64,000 nucleotides of DNA from Limnochordia bacterium. GTDB lineage: Bacteria; Bacillota; Limnochordia; DTU087; JAAYGB01. The notes below the pieces were generated by a model that was given only the letters and a program-made list of their open reading frames with translations, was not told the origin of the DNA and made no database searches. Each line of letters starts with the position of its first letter. Position 1 is the stretch's first letter. Made by a program: the position numbers and the translations under genes. Of this stretch, positions 37,434 to 46,807 are shown piece after piece. The DNA lies in contig JAWLBR010000003.1 in the NCBI GenBank assembly GCA_041687495.1, forward strand, positions 5,173 through 69,172, read 5' to 3'.

Positions 37434-38453
37434 GTGATTGTGTTTCAATGGCTCAATGATCAGTTGCTAAAGATGGAGTGGTTGTCATCTTCGGTGGAAG
37501 CGCTGGTTGAGAACATTTTTGGCCTCGATGTGTCGAGTCGGCTGGGGGGAAGCGTCCATTTCTTCATCTACGATACGGTGAAGATCTTCTTGCTGCTGTC
37601 AGCCCTCATTTTCGGTATTTCCTATATCCAAAGCTACTTTCCTCCAGAGCGAACTCGGAGGATTCTGGGCCGGTTCAACGGGGTTGGCGCCAATATTCTA
37701 GGCGCATTGATGGGGACGGTTACTCCCTTTTGCTCGTGTTCCTCAATTCCGCTGTTCATCGGTTTTACCAGTGCCGGCCTGCCAATTGGGGTTACCTTCT
37801 CCTTCTTGATCTCATCGCCTTTAGTGGATTTGGCCTCAATTCTGCTGTTGGCCAGTATCTTTAACTGGAAGATCGCCATCGCTTATGTCTTGGTCGGGCT
37901 TTTCATTGCGGTAGTGGGTGGAACGGCGATTAGCAAGCTGAAGCTGGAGAAGTATGTTGAAGGATTTGTCTATAAAGTTGAAGCTGCCGCTGCCAGTGAG
38001 GAAACAGCAGATGGCCCAACAATGGCAGTCGGTGAGCGAGTGGCTTTCGCCAAAGAACAGGTAATGGAGATTGTCCAGAGGGTTTGGCTGTATGTTGTGA
38101 TCGGTGTTGGGATTGGGGCTGCCATCCACAACTGGATTCCAGAAAGCATCATTACGGCTGTCTTAGGAGAGAAGAATCCCTTCTCGGTACTACTGGCCGC
38201 CCTAGTTGGCGTGCCCATGTACGCGGACATCTTTGGCACGCTGCCCATTGCTGAGGCTCTGGTCACCAAGGGTGTAGGGATCGGAACCGTTTTGGCTTTC
38301 ATGATGGCCGTTACTGCGTTGTCACTGCCGTCCCTAATCTTGTTGCGAAAGGTGGTCAAGACCAGACTTCTGGTCATCTTCGTCGGCATCGTCACCACCG
38401 GGATCATCATCATGGGCTATGCCTTCAATGCCTTTGGCCACTGGGTTGTCTAG
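37434..38453 (+). CDS. ArsP-like permease (DUF318/COG0701), putative organoarsenical efflux permease
   Basis: Polytopic membrane protein with the hallmark TPFCSCSSIPLF motif. SD AAGGAG before the GTG. Confidence 0.7.
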   Translation: MIVFQWLNDQLLKMEWLSSSVEALVENIFGLDVSSRLGGSVHFFIYDTVKIFLLLSALIFGISYIQSYFPPERTRRILGRFNGVGANILGALMGTVTPFCSCSSIPLFIGFTSAGLPIGVTFSFLISSPLVDLASILLLASIFNWKIAIAYVLVGLFIAVVGGTAISKLKLEKYVEGFVYKVEAAAASEETADGPTMAVGERVAFAKEQVMEIVQRVWLYVVIGVGIGAAIHNWIPESIITAVLGEKNPFSVLLAALVGVPMYADIFGTLPIAEALVTKGVGIGTVLAFMMAVTALSLPSLILLRKVVKTRLLVIFVGIVTTGIIIMGYAFNAFGHWVV

Positions 38454-38623
38454 ATTGCTTTGTGTGTTGGATGTCGGGTGAGTCTATTTCCGACTGGGCC
38501 CCTAGACCACTACCCGTTTAGCAGGAAGTTTGGATGGATTGTGGATAAATTCGGCGTCTCATGGCAGCTGGATCTTTCGGAGTAGGGGCCAAAAGCACTG
38601 CGGCAAACACGGATAAGCTCAGC

Positions 38624-39943
38624 TCATACTCCATAGCGCCCAGGCAGATACTCGTGTCTCGTTTGCACAGCTGCAAACAAGAAGACAATGGCTTCGGCAA
38701 GGGGAAAGGTCAGCCAAATGCCATCTATCCCCCAGAATGCGGAAAGGATGATGGCCAGTGGTACTATCACAATGAGTCCCCGTAAGATGGAGATAGAAAA
38801 GCCTGTTCTCGCCTTCTCAATGGCGCTGAAGTACGCAGATAAGACCACATTGACTCCCGCAAAGAAGAAGCCGACAAAGTAGATGCTTAGTCCTTCTGTT
38901 GCGATCACCTTCAGCAGTGCATCGTTATCGCGGTTAAATAGATCCACGATGTTACCGGCAGATGACACAATGATCGCATAGAGTACAGCTGCCAGGGTCG
39001 AGGACAGCAGGATGGAATAGCGGAGTAAGCGACGCACATTACCCAAATTCCCTGCGCCATAGTGATGACTGACAAGTGGCTGTATGCCTTGGCCGATTCC
39101 CGTGTATACGGCGATGGCAACCAGTGACAGGTTTGCCACCACACCGTAGGCGGCAACTGCAGTATTGCCAGATAGCTGGAGGAGCAATAGGTTGAAGACA
39201 ATCAGGACTATGCCTGAAGCAATTTCTGTAACGAAAGCTGAAGCACCGAGGGAACAGATCTTTGCCCATACTCGGTAGCCGCGCTCCACTTTCTGCAGAT
39301 GAAACCGATTTTTCTTCCGAACAAAGTACACCGACATCGCAGCCATACTGATAATGGGTGCCAGCCCCGTGGCCAAGGCCGCACCGAACATTCCCATAGC
39401 AAAAGGAAAGATGAAAACGTAGTCGAGGAGAATGTTGGAGAAGCTCCCTGTCAGCATGCCCGCCATGGCAGTTTTTGGGCTGCCATCATTGCGGACAAAG
39501 GCGATCAAAACGTTATTTGCGATGAAGCAAGGTGCAAAAGCCAAAATAGTCCTGAGATAGATTGCTGTCATTGGTAAGATGTTGGCATCGGCACCGAGCA
39601 GTCTCGCCAGAGGCTCAGACAGGAAAAGGCCGATGAGCAGATACACTAGTCCGATCAGCAAACCCAGCTGAACTGTAGCAGTAAAGGTTTGGCTGCGGTT
39701 TTTTGAGTTACTGCTTGAGTTCTGAATGGTATACCATGTTGCTCCTCCGATGCCAACCATCAGCCCGGTACCGTGGATGAAACTGTAAACGGCTATGGCG
39801 AGGTTAAGGGAGGCCAACCCATTTGCACCGATGCCGTTGGCGATGAAATACGTGTCGGCGAGGATGTAGCAGGATAAGCCAAGCATTCCGAGGACATTGA
39901 GTGATACATACTTGCCGAAACTCCAAGGTAATCTGTCTTTCAC
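38624..39943 (-). CDS. MATE-family efflux transporter
   Basis: 12-TM protein with an N-terminus VKDRLPWSFGKYVSLNVLGMLGLSCYILADTYFIANG typical of MATE. Probable GTG start with SD GGAAGG (ORF listed to 39982). Confidence 0.8.
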   Translation of the reverse strand: MKDRLPWSFGKYVSLNVLGMLGLSCYILADTYFIANGIGANGLASLNLAIAVYSFIHGTGLMVGIGGATWYTIQNSSSNSKNRSQTFTATVQLGLLIGLVYLLIGLFLSEPLARLLGADANILPMTAIYLRTILAFAPCFIANNVLIAFVRNDGSPKTAMAGMLTGSFSNILLDYVFIFPFAMGMFGAALATGLAPIISMAAMSVYFVRKKNRFHLQKVERGYRVWAKICSLGASAFVTEIASGIVLIVFNLLLLQLSGNTAVAAYGVVANLSLVAIAVYTGIGQGIQPLVSHHYGAGNLGNVRRLLRYSILLSSTLAAVLYAIIVSSAGNIVDLFNRDNDALLKVIATEGLSIYFVGFFFAGVNVVLSAYFSAIEKARTGFSISILRGLIVIVPLAIILSAFWGIDGIWLTFPLAEAIVFLFAAVQTRHEYLPGRYGV

Positions 39944-40353
39944 AACTCTCCGCCTTCCGCGAGTGCCCCTACAGATCAACATGCATCTTAGCAGATAAAG
40001 GTCTTGGGCGCTGTCTTATTAGTGTCTAGGTGCGGGCAGCTTGCTGCCCGAAACACTGTGAGTCAAAAAGAGCCGACCGGGTCGGACGTTTCCATATCCC
40101 TAGACTATCTGAAGTGACCGGGCGAGTTCAAGCACTTTTATGATGCATCGAGTTTGGGCCTGCTGAACTGGCTGCTGGTTTGCACTGTGCACCGGTGTTG
40201 GGCGATTGAGGTTCGCGTCGGAGCAGCGGTAGCTATAGGCTCGATAACTCTTAGAAGGTCAGCTTGACAGCTATTGCTGTTACTAGCTCAAGCCACATTG
40301 CCTTGTCTTCTTTATACATTCTGTAAACTAATGCCAGTTACGGTACCGGGGGG

Positions 40354-40382
40354 TTTACAAGTGTGGTTATTACTGGTACAAT
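40354..40382 (+). promoter_or_regulatory. Near-consensus sigma-A promoter (TTTACA, 17-nt spacer, TACAAT)
   Basis: tttaca 40354-40359, 17-nt spacer, tacaat 40377-40382. It sits about 35 nt upstream of a small ORF with a strong SD. Confidence 0.55.
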
Positions 40383-40418
40383 GACTGAGATTGCATTAAG
40401 CTCATAGGAGGTGCACTG

Positions 40419-40565
40419 ATGCTGTTAGGAGATTGGTTGGTCCTATCACATGGAAAAGCGGGAATTTCGGCCGGCAACGGGATAGATCTGTCCAATTTTA
40501 ACCACATTTCCTTGCCGGCTGTGGTGCAACCTCATTGCATAGAAGCGTGTTTGTCGTTAGTCTAG
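40419..40565 (+). CDS. Small ORF (48 aa, MLLGDWLVLSHGKAGISAGNGIDLSNFNHISLPAVVQPHCIEACLSLV); candidate leader peptide or small protein upstream of the MFS gene
   Basis: SD AGGAGG, 8-nt spacer, ATG 40419, TAG 40563-40565. Driven by the promoter above. Not conserved to my knowledge. Confidence 0.35.
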   Translation: MLLGDWLVLSHGKAGISAGNGIDLSNFNHISLPAVVQPHCIEACLSLV

Positions 40566-40645
40566 TTTACTAACGGGTAAATCAGCGACCTTCGATTGCC
40601 AGGGGCTCCACAGCTCATGGCTTTTTTCGATCGGAGGTCTTTTAA

Positions 40646-41838
40646 TTGCTTCGTTGGTATTTCATCTATTTGAGCTTGGCCTGTTTTCAACCTACCGCAG
40701 GGATCTGGATGTTGTTTCTGTTGCATAAAGGCTTCACTTTGGCTCAGGTTGGGTTGGCGGAATCATTCTGGCACCTGGTCATTCTGGCATTTGAGGTCCC
40801 CAGCGGATACTTGGCGGATCGGTTAGGACGAAAGACGAGCCTGTATCTGGGGATACTATGCGGACTGCTGGGCAGCAGTCTCTCTGGTGGTCACCCAATT
40901 TTGCTTGGCTGTTTCCGGCGTTCTTCTTTTCATCTCTATCATTCGTGTTTCCTTCCGGAGCAGATCGGGCTATCTTGTACGAACTGAACGTCAGAGCGGG
41001 GGAGCCCATACCGTATGCGAAGCTAGCTGGACGTGCCAATGGAGTCAGAATGCTGACATCGGCACTTGCTTTGCTTGTGGGAGGATTCCTGGCCTCCAGG
41101 GACTATGGCTATGCGTATGGATTGCAGATTTTGGCAGGAGTGCTTTCGCTGCTTTCTTTGCTGCGGCTTCCTGAACCTAGCAGGGCAGAAGCCAACCAAG
41201 TGGCTGAGGGCCGTGGCGATGCGGATGCAGCTGATAGCAAAGGCTTTACGGAGAGCTGTCACACGCTGCTGACAAGGCCGGCAGTCGCTAGAGTTCTGGT
41301 CTACGGTACTCTCTTGTGGTCTGGGCTGAATCTCTACTATTTGCTGCTACAGCCAGGGTTAGCCGATAAAGGTGCAGGCCCTGATGTTGTGTCCGTACTG
41401 TTTAGCTTAGGCGATACTACCGTGGCAGTAGGCAGTCTTGCGGCTGCGTATATACTTGCGAGGTTGGGACGTTGGAATGTCTTGGTAGTTGTTCCAGCAA
41501 TCGCAGCTTGTGTGGCGGTGTGGGTTCCGAATGCATCCTTGACTGCGTTCGCCCTGCTCCATCTCTTGGTGGCCTTTAGTGAGGGAGTTGGTGAGCCTGT
41601 CTTGGATAATGTATTAAACCAAGATCTGGAAGATCATTACCGGGCTACAGTTCTTTCGGTGCAAAGCGCTCTGTCCAGTGGAATAGTTCTCGTTGGATTT
41701 CCGCTGGCAGGATGGCTGGCAGAGAAGGTTGGCTTTCAGCCAGCCTTTGGCCTTGCATTCGCGTTGTTGACTGGGGCTGTGGTCTCCGGAGCGTTGCTAA
41801 AGATCCATCGGAGTAAAGCCTTAGTGGTGCAGGAGTGA
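40646..41838 (+). pseudogene. MFS transporter interrupted by a -1 frameshift (or a sequencing error in a G-run)
   Basis: The frame-2 ORF 40646-40987 carries MFS motif A GYLADRLGRKTSL. The reading continues in frame 1 from about 40880 (QQSLWWSPNFAWLFPAFFF...) through 41838. The shift lies in ctgctgGGGcagcag near 40875-40885. TTG start with SD GGAGG. Confidence 0.6.
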
Positions 41839-41889
41839 AAGTTCTTCCGAGACGAGTGTGATCTCAGTACCAAATGACGGAGGTATGCA

Positions 41890-42198
41890 GTGATGCGGTG
41901 TCCTCGGTGTAAGCAAAAAGGCAGTCTAGTTCAGTGCGCCTCGCATAGTAATCAGCCCTCTCGCTCAGCAGTAGAACTGTGGTTGTGTGGCAGTCTGGAG
42001 TGTGACGCTGTATATTTCACTGACAATCAGGTACTGGAAGTTAACGACGTTGTTGTTCCCCTGACGCCACAGAGCGGGAGCGAGAGTCAGCCCACTCACT
42101 GCGGCTCCGGATTGCGCACTTCAGAAGTACCCCAAGCAAAGGGGTGCTGCTGCAAAAGCAGAGACTTGGATGGAGGTTGCTGTCATCTGCGGCAGTAG
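41890..42198 (+). CDS. Small Cys-rich protein (about 101 aa) with an N-terminal zinc-ribbon-like CPRC...CGSLEC and a C-terminal GCCCKS...GGCCH tail; putative metal-binding protein
   Basis: SD GGAGG 7-10 nt upstream of the GTG/ATG. 15 Cys in 101 aa. Followed by an 18-bp perfect inverted-repeat terminator. Confidence 0.35.
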   Translation: MMRCPRCKQKGSLVQCASHSNQPSRSAVELWLCGSLECDAVYFTDNQVLEVNDVVVPLTPQSGSESQPTHCGSGLRTSEVPQAKGCCCKSRDLDGGCCHLRQ

Positions 42199-42239
42199 AG
42201 TTTGGAGACCCCTACCGCTACAGTGAAAGCTACTTGGAA

Positions 42240-42280
42240 TCCTGGAAAAGCCCCGGCGCAGTGCCGGGGCTTTTCCAGGA
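42240..42280. terminator. Strong bidirectional terminator: 18-bp perfect inverted repeat with a 5-nt loop
   Basis: tcctggaaaagccccggc (42240-42257), loop gcagt, gccggggcttttccagga (42263-42280). The A/T tracts sit inside the stem, so it reads as a U-run terminator from both directions. Confidence 0.7.
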
Positions 42281-42325
42281 TGGACCAAATATCCAGCCAC
42301 TAGCTCCACAACTGGCTGTGCACCG

Positions 42326-43840
42326 CTATCTGGTCTGGGGAAGCAGAGCAGATAGTAGTAGGACTATTGCTAGAGCGAAGACAGCAATGCCCAGCCAGGA
42401 AGCCGCAATCGGGAACAGCGAAGTGAGGAAAAAGTACTTCTGGTTCATTGCCCAACCAAGGATGAGTAGCAAGGCGGCACAAAGAAAGCCCTGCAGGAGG
42501 CGAAGAGGACGAGAGTTTCTCGACAGCGGCGCCAGCAGGCACCGCCGCTGAACTATCCTTTCTCCCAAGTTCCAAGCTTGCCAGAGGGCGGTACACAACA
42601 AGATTCCAATGAGAACCCACAGCGCCTTTTGGCCTAAGAGGATTCGGCTCATACCAACAGATGGAAACCCTCTCCATTCAGCCCAGCTGCTGATAACATT
42701 GGCAAAGAACGGCCAACTGCGCTGGCTGTTGCTCAAGATCACTATACCGTCACCGGTATCTGGGACTGAGTGGAAGTGTGTCATCCAGCCATGCCCTTGG
42801 CCTCCGTGGGAGACAGCCGCACCGACACCAGGCAAGTCTTCAACAAAGTGTCCGAAGCCATAGGAGTCAAAGGCTAGTCCGTAGAGCCCAGGAACATCGA
42901 CAGCAGGGGCGTACAGTTGGCTAACCGCTTCGGGACTCAGTACACCAAGGCCTGTAGAATTGGCAGAGCCCATACCGGCGCAGACGAACCTGGCTATGTC
43001 CCGAACAGTGGAGAATAGGCCTCCGGAAGCTTTGCCTGGGTATACATATGGGGCAACTGGAGTTCCTTTGTGAGTGTATCCAAAGGGGAGGGTTGCGGCT
43101 AATTCTTCACGCCAGGAAAAACTGGACTGGCTCATGTCCAGAGGAAGAAGTACTTCGCTTTGCATGTACTCTGAGAAGGTGCGTCCGCTAACGTCTTGTA
43201 CTAACAGCTCCAGCAGGTTATAGCCAGTATTTGAGTAGGAGAAGGATGTACCGGGCTGCTGCTGCAGGTAGATCTCTTTGGAGAGGCTTTCTTGTAGTGA
43301 GGGAACACTGTCTCCTGGTGAGTAACGGGCCTCTATGTCGCCCAGGGGCATCCCTGCTGAGTTGCTAAGAAGCTGCCTAACTGTGATGTTCTCTTCGGCA
43401 AAGTCCGACTTGGGGAGTTGCCAGGTGACTAGGTAACTGTTTACGGGAACGTCTAGCTGGAGCTTGCCTTGTTCCACCAACTTCATGATCCCCCAAGCGG
43501 CCACTGACTTTGAAATAGATTCAACCCGAAAAGGTGTGTCTACCGTCATCGCCCGCTGCTGGTGGAGATCGCCATATCCAAAGGCGTTGGTCCATTGGAT
43601 CTCGCCACCGTAAACAAGCGCGATGGCGGCACCTGGAATGGAATAGTGTTGCATCAGGCTGCGAACCTGCTCGTCCAAGTAGGCGATGAACTCCTCGACC
43701 GGGGCGTCTTTCCCCACCCTTCTGGTTAGATGGGGTCCAGATACCATTACGATCAGCAGCACACAAGCAAGGATAATCACCAACAGTTTTGTCTTCGCCA
43801 GAGTCTCGGTCCGCCTCATCAACCTAAAACCAGTGCCCAA
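42326..43840 (-). CDS. Serine hydrolase of the class-C beta-lactamase/low-MW PBP family with an N-terminal anchor and a C-terminal multi-TM extension
   Basis: SxxK motif FRVESISKSVAAWGIMKLVEQGKL. An N-terminal TM, then C-terminal hydrophobic segments (LWVLIGILLCTALW..., LLILGWAMNQKYFFLTSLFPIAASWLGIAVFALAIVLLL). TTG start with SD AAAGGAG. Confidence 0.8.
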   Translation of the reverse strand: MGTGFRLMRRTETLAKTKLLVIILACVLLIVMVSGPHLTRRVGKDAPVEEFIAYLDEQVRSLMQHYSIPGAAIALVYGGEIQWTNAFGYGDLHQQRAMTVDTPFRVESISKSVAAWGIMKLVEQGKLQLDVPVNSYLVTWQLPKSDFAEENITVRQLLSNSAGMPLGDIEARYSPGDSVPSLQESLSKEIYLQQQPGTSFSYSNTGYNLLELLVQDVSGRTFSEYMQSEVLLPLDMSQSSFSWREELAATLPFGYTHKGTPVAPYVYPGKASGGLFSTVRDIARFVCAGMGSANSTGLGVLSPEAVSQLYAPAVDVPGLYGLAFDSYGFGHFVEDLPGVGAAVSHGGQGHGWMTHFHSVPDTGDGIVILSNSQRSWPFFANVISSWAEWRGFPSVGMSRILLGQKALWVLIGILLCTALWQAWNLGERIVQRRCLLAPLSRNSRPLRLLQGFLCAALLLILGWAMNQKYFFLTSLFPIAASWLGIAVFALAIVLLLSALLPQTR

Positions 43841-43929
43841 CTTCGCTCACTCCTTTCTTCAGGCCCATGATAGTAGACTTTTGGGTCTGCGTCAAGGTGC
43901 ACGGGAGATGAGTTAGGTCTGCTACAAGC

Positions 43930-43958
43930 AAAAAAGACGCCTCGCTGTTGGAGGCGTC
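43930..43958 (-). terminator. Intrinsic terminator of ilvE (minus strand)
   Basis: Minus strand: gacgcctc, caacagc, gaggcgtc, then TTTTTTGC (plus coordinates 43930-43958). Confidence 0.6.
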
Positions 43959-43967
43959 CTGTAACGA

Positions 43968-45047
43968 CTACAGATCCTGAACCCGTTTTACCCAGCCAAA
44001 CGGATCCGGTGCCAGACCTGTCTGAATAGAGGTTAGGCTGGTGTACAGCTTCTCGGTAATGGGCCCCACCTGGTTGTCATTGATGCTGTAGTCTGTGCCT
44101 TTGTAGCCAAGCACTCCTACCGGGGCTATCACCGCTGCGGTGCCAGCGCCAAAGGCTTCCTTGAGAACTCCTGTCTTGGCTCCTTCGATTACCTCATCGA
44201 TGGAGACTTGGCGCTCTTCTGCCTTGTATCCCAGGCTCTTAGCCAGCGTAAGGATCGAGTCTCGGGTGATGCCAGGGAGGATAGACCCGGTTAGGGGAGG
44301 AGTAACCAAGGTGTCTCCAAACACAAAGAAGATGTTCATCGCGCCAACTTCTTCCACGTACTTATGCTCCTTGGCATCCAGCCACAGCATTTGTGAATAC
44401 CCGAGCTTCTCTGCCTTTTGGCCTCCCAGAAGGCTGGCCGCGTAGTTGCCGCCTGTCTTGGCTTCGCCGACGCCTCCGACTACGGCCCTGGCGTAGGTAT
44501 CTTCAACGAAGAGGCTTACTGGTTTGAACCCTTCCTTGAAATAGGCTCCAACCGGGCTGAGAATCACATAGAAGATGTACTCACTGGAGGGGTGTACTCC
44601 CAAGGCTGGTTCCGTTGCGATCATAGTTGGTCTGATATAAAGCGATGTGCCGGGGGTGCTCGGAACCCAGCGTTCTTCTGCTGTGAGCAGCTCCTTGAGG
44701 ATGGCCAAAAAGTCCTCTTCAGGGATTTGTGGCATGCACACTCTGGCGGCTGACCGGTTGAGACGCTGGGCATTGGCTTCCGGTCGGAACAGGAGGGTCT
44801 CGCCGTCTGGACCTTTGTATGCTTTTAGTCCTTCGAAAATCTCCTGAGAATAGTGCAGTACTCGGGCTGCAGGGTCCATCTCAAACGGCTTGTACCTATG
44901 AACGCTGGCGCTGCTCCAGCCTTCCCCGTCGCGATACGTCATACTAAACATTCGATCAGTGAACGCCTTTCCGAAAGGCTGGTTACCTGGGTCCGCTGCC
45001 ACCGGCTTCCTTTCTGCCGGTTGCAGGGGCTCGACTCTAATCTCCAT
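43968..45047 (-). CDS. ilvE: Branched-chain amino acid aminotransferase (fold-type IV)
   Basis: 359 aa. The N-terminus ...FGKAFTDRMFSMTYRDGEGW...YSQEIFEGLKAYK is typical of BCAT. Confidence 0.9.
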   Translation of the reverse strand: MEIRVEPLQPAERKPVAADPGNQPFGKAFTDRMFSMTYRDGEGWSSASVHRYKPFEMDPAARVLHYSQEIFEGLKAYKGPDGETLLFRPEANAQRLNRSAARVCMPQIPEEDFLAILKELLTAEERWVPSTPGTSLYIRPTMIATEPALGVHPSSEYIFYVILSPVGAYFKEGFKPVSLFVEDTYARAVVGGVGEAKTGGNYAASLLGGQKAEKLGYSQMLWLDAKEHKYVEEVGAMNIFFVFGDTLVTPPLTGSILPGITRDSILTLAKSLGYKAEERQVSIDEVIEGAKTGVLKEAFGAGTAAVIAPVGVLGYKGTDYSINDNQVGPITEKLYTSLTSIQTGLAPDPFGWVKRVQDL

Positions 45048-45231
45048 GGCTAGATCACTATTCCTTTCGCCCTGGTTTGGTATCGTTTGGTGTATTAGGA
45101 TTATGTTCTCATGTCAACCCGTTTACTCCTGCAAGAGTGCTTGGTATACAGGACAAGAGGGTCACAGGCAGAACATCGTCACACTGAAGCCTAGCTAAAG
45201 ATTAATCGGGGATGGGGTGTGAAAGGGGTAA

Positions 45232-46314
45232 ATGGTGGGACCATGCGGTGATGCGAAGAGCCTCAAGAGAAGCCAAGACACATATCGGTCGGGTGAGCTT
45301 GTCTATAAGAGTACGATTGACTCAATAAAAGACCTCTACGCCAAGTATTCCTATTATGTTTCTGCCAAGCAGCTTCCGGTCGTAATCCTGATCCATGGAT
45401 TCGTACAGGATGCCAGTGCGATCAGTGATGCGATTATGGAGGATATGGCGGGGTATGGCTTTTTCGCTGTGGCAGTTGGGATGAGGGGGCGGAATGGAGC
45501 CAGTGGGATTCCCGATGTTAGCGGCAGAGAGCTGCACGACGTATACGACCTGGTGAACTGTGTCAAGAGAGAGTTTGCTGGCGTTGTCGATGCAGACAAC
45601 GTGCACTGCAGCGGCTATTCGGGAGGGGGAGGCAATGTCTTTGGCCTTGCAGCGAAGTTTCCCGATACCTTTCGGAACCTGGCTGCCCACTTTGGAATTG
45701 CCGACTACGGGTATGATCCAGACATCGGGTGGTGGCACACCCATCCGACAAGGCAAGCGACACTTAAGCGGTGGATTGGTTACACTCCAGAAGAGAATCC
45801 AGGAGCATACATGTCCAGAGCCCACCAGCTAGGCATTGGCAGAAATCTGCTGGGCGGGAAGCTGTGGATTTTCCATGATAGCCAGGATGCATCTGTGCCT
45901 GTAAGTCATTCTGACTGTGTGGCCGCGAAGATGGATAGCGCAAGCAATTCAAATTACTTTCTCAGTATTACCGATGTTGACGGGAAGGTGAGGTGGTTGC
46001 ACAACAGCCCACATGCTGATGCTCCCGCCAGGCATACCCGTGACTATTGGGGTGCTTCCATTCTGAACAATGCCGTTCCCAGTTGGATTGTGCCGAAAAA
46101 GGGTGATATGCTAGTACAGGGTTATCTGGTTACCAAACGCTTCCAGGTATGGCTGGGAAATGGTCAAGAACATGTGGCAGAACTAACCTACGATATTGAG
46201 GCAGGCAACTACACACTGTCACCATTGACAGGTCAGGTGGAGGTTAGCATTACCCAGGGTGGAAAATCGGCAACACAGGCGATTAGCGGCAAAACCACGA
46301 TAGTGGTTAGTTAG
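45232..46314 (+). CDS. Alpha/beta-hydrolase-fold protein (esterase/peptidase-like)
   Basis: Nucleophile elbow GYSGGG and an HGF oxyanion region VVILIHGF. 360 aa, no signal peptide. Confidence 0.7.
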   Translation: MVGPCGDAKSLKRSQDTYRSGELVYKSTIDSIKDLYAKYSYYVSAKQLPVVILIHGFVQDASAISDAIMEDMAGYGFFAVAVGMRGRNGASGIPDVSGRELHDVYDLVNCVKREFAGVVDADNVHCSGYSGGGGNVFGLAAKFPDTFRNLAAHFGIADYGYDPDIGWWHTHPTRQATLKRWIGYTPEENPGAYMSRAHQLGIGRNLLGGKLWIFHDSQDASVPVSHSDCVAAKMDSASNSNYFLSITDVDGKVRWLHNSPHADAPARHTRDYWGASILNNAVPSWIVPKKGDMLVQGYLVTKRFQVWLGNGQEHVAELTYDIEAGNYTLSPLTGQVEVSITQGGKSATQAISGKTTIVVS

Positions 46315-46409
46315 AAACTTCGACACTAACCGACATGAGTATCACCTGCGTTCTTCCGCATAGTAGTGGAGACGAGGTATCTAGTTTAGTCCGCCTATGG
46401 AGGTTAAAC

Positions 46410-46775
46410 ATGACAATATCTACGGTAAACAAGAACGGTGTGGAGATTGCTATCTTGGCTAGTGACGAGGTTCTGGTAAATGATGTTCAGTCGGCCCTGG
46501 ATTTATTGGCAACCGTCTGCTATGAAACAGGCTGCGAGCGCATGGTTCTGAGCAAGTCAGCCCTCTGTGACAACTTCTTTCAATTGAAGACCCGACTTGC
46601 CGGAGAGATCCTACAGAAGTTCACCAACTACAGGATGAAGCTCGCAATTGTCGGCGATTTTTCTATGTACGCAAGCAAGAGTCTCGAGGATTTCATCTAC
46701 GAGAGCAACAAGGGAACCAGCATATTTTTCGTACCAACCATAGAACAAGCCGTAGAGAAATTGAGCTCTTGCTGA
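46410..46775 (+). CDS. Small conserved hypothetical protein (possibly DUF4180-like; from memory, unverified)
   Basis: ATG 46410 with SD GGAGG 6 nt upstream, 121 aa. Confidence 0.55.
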   Translation: MTISTVNKNGVEIAILASDEVLVNDVQSALDLLATVCYETGCERMVLSKSALCDNFFQLKTRLAGEILQKFTNYRMKLAIVGDFSMYASKSLEDFIYESNKGTSIFFVPTIEQAVEKLSSC

Positions 46776-46807
46776 GTTAAGCGATTCCAGGTAAACGAAC
46801 GAAAGGC

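Noticed and set aside
40887-41174. Third-frame ORF (95 aa) inside the MFS gene region
   Set aside because: It overlaps the reconstructed frameshifted MFS reading. Its apparent hydrophobicity is a by-product of the T-rich TM-coding sequence.
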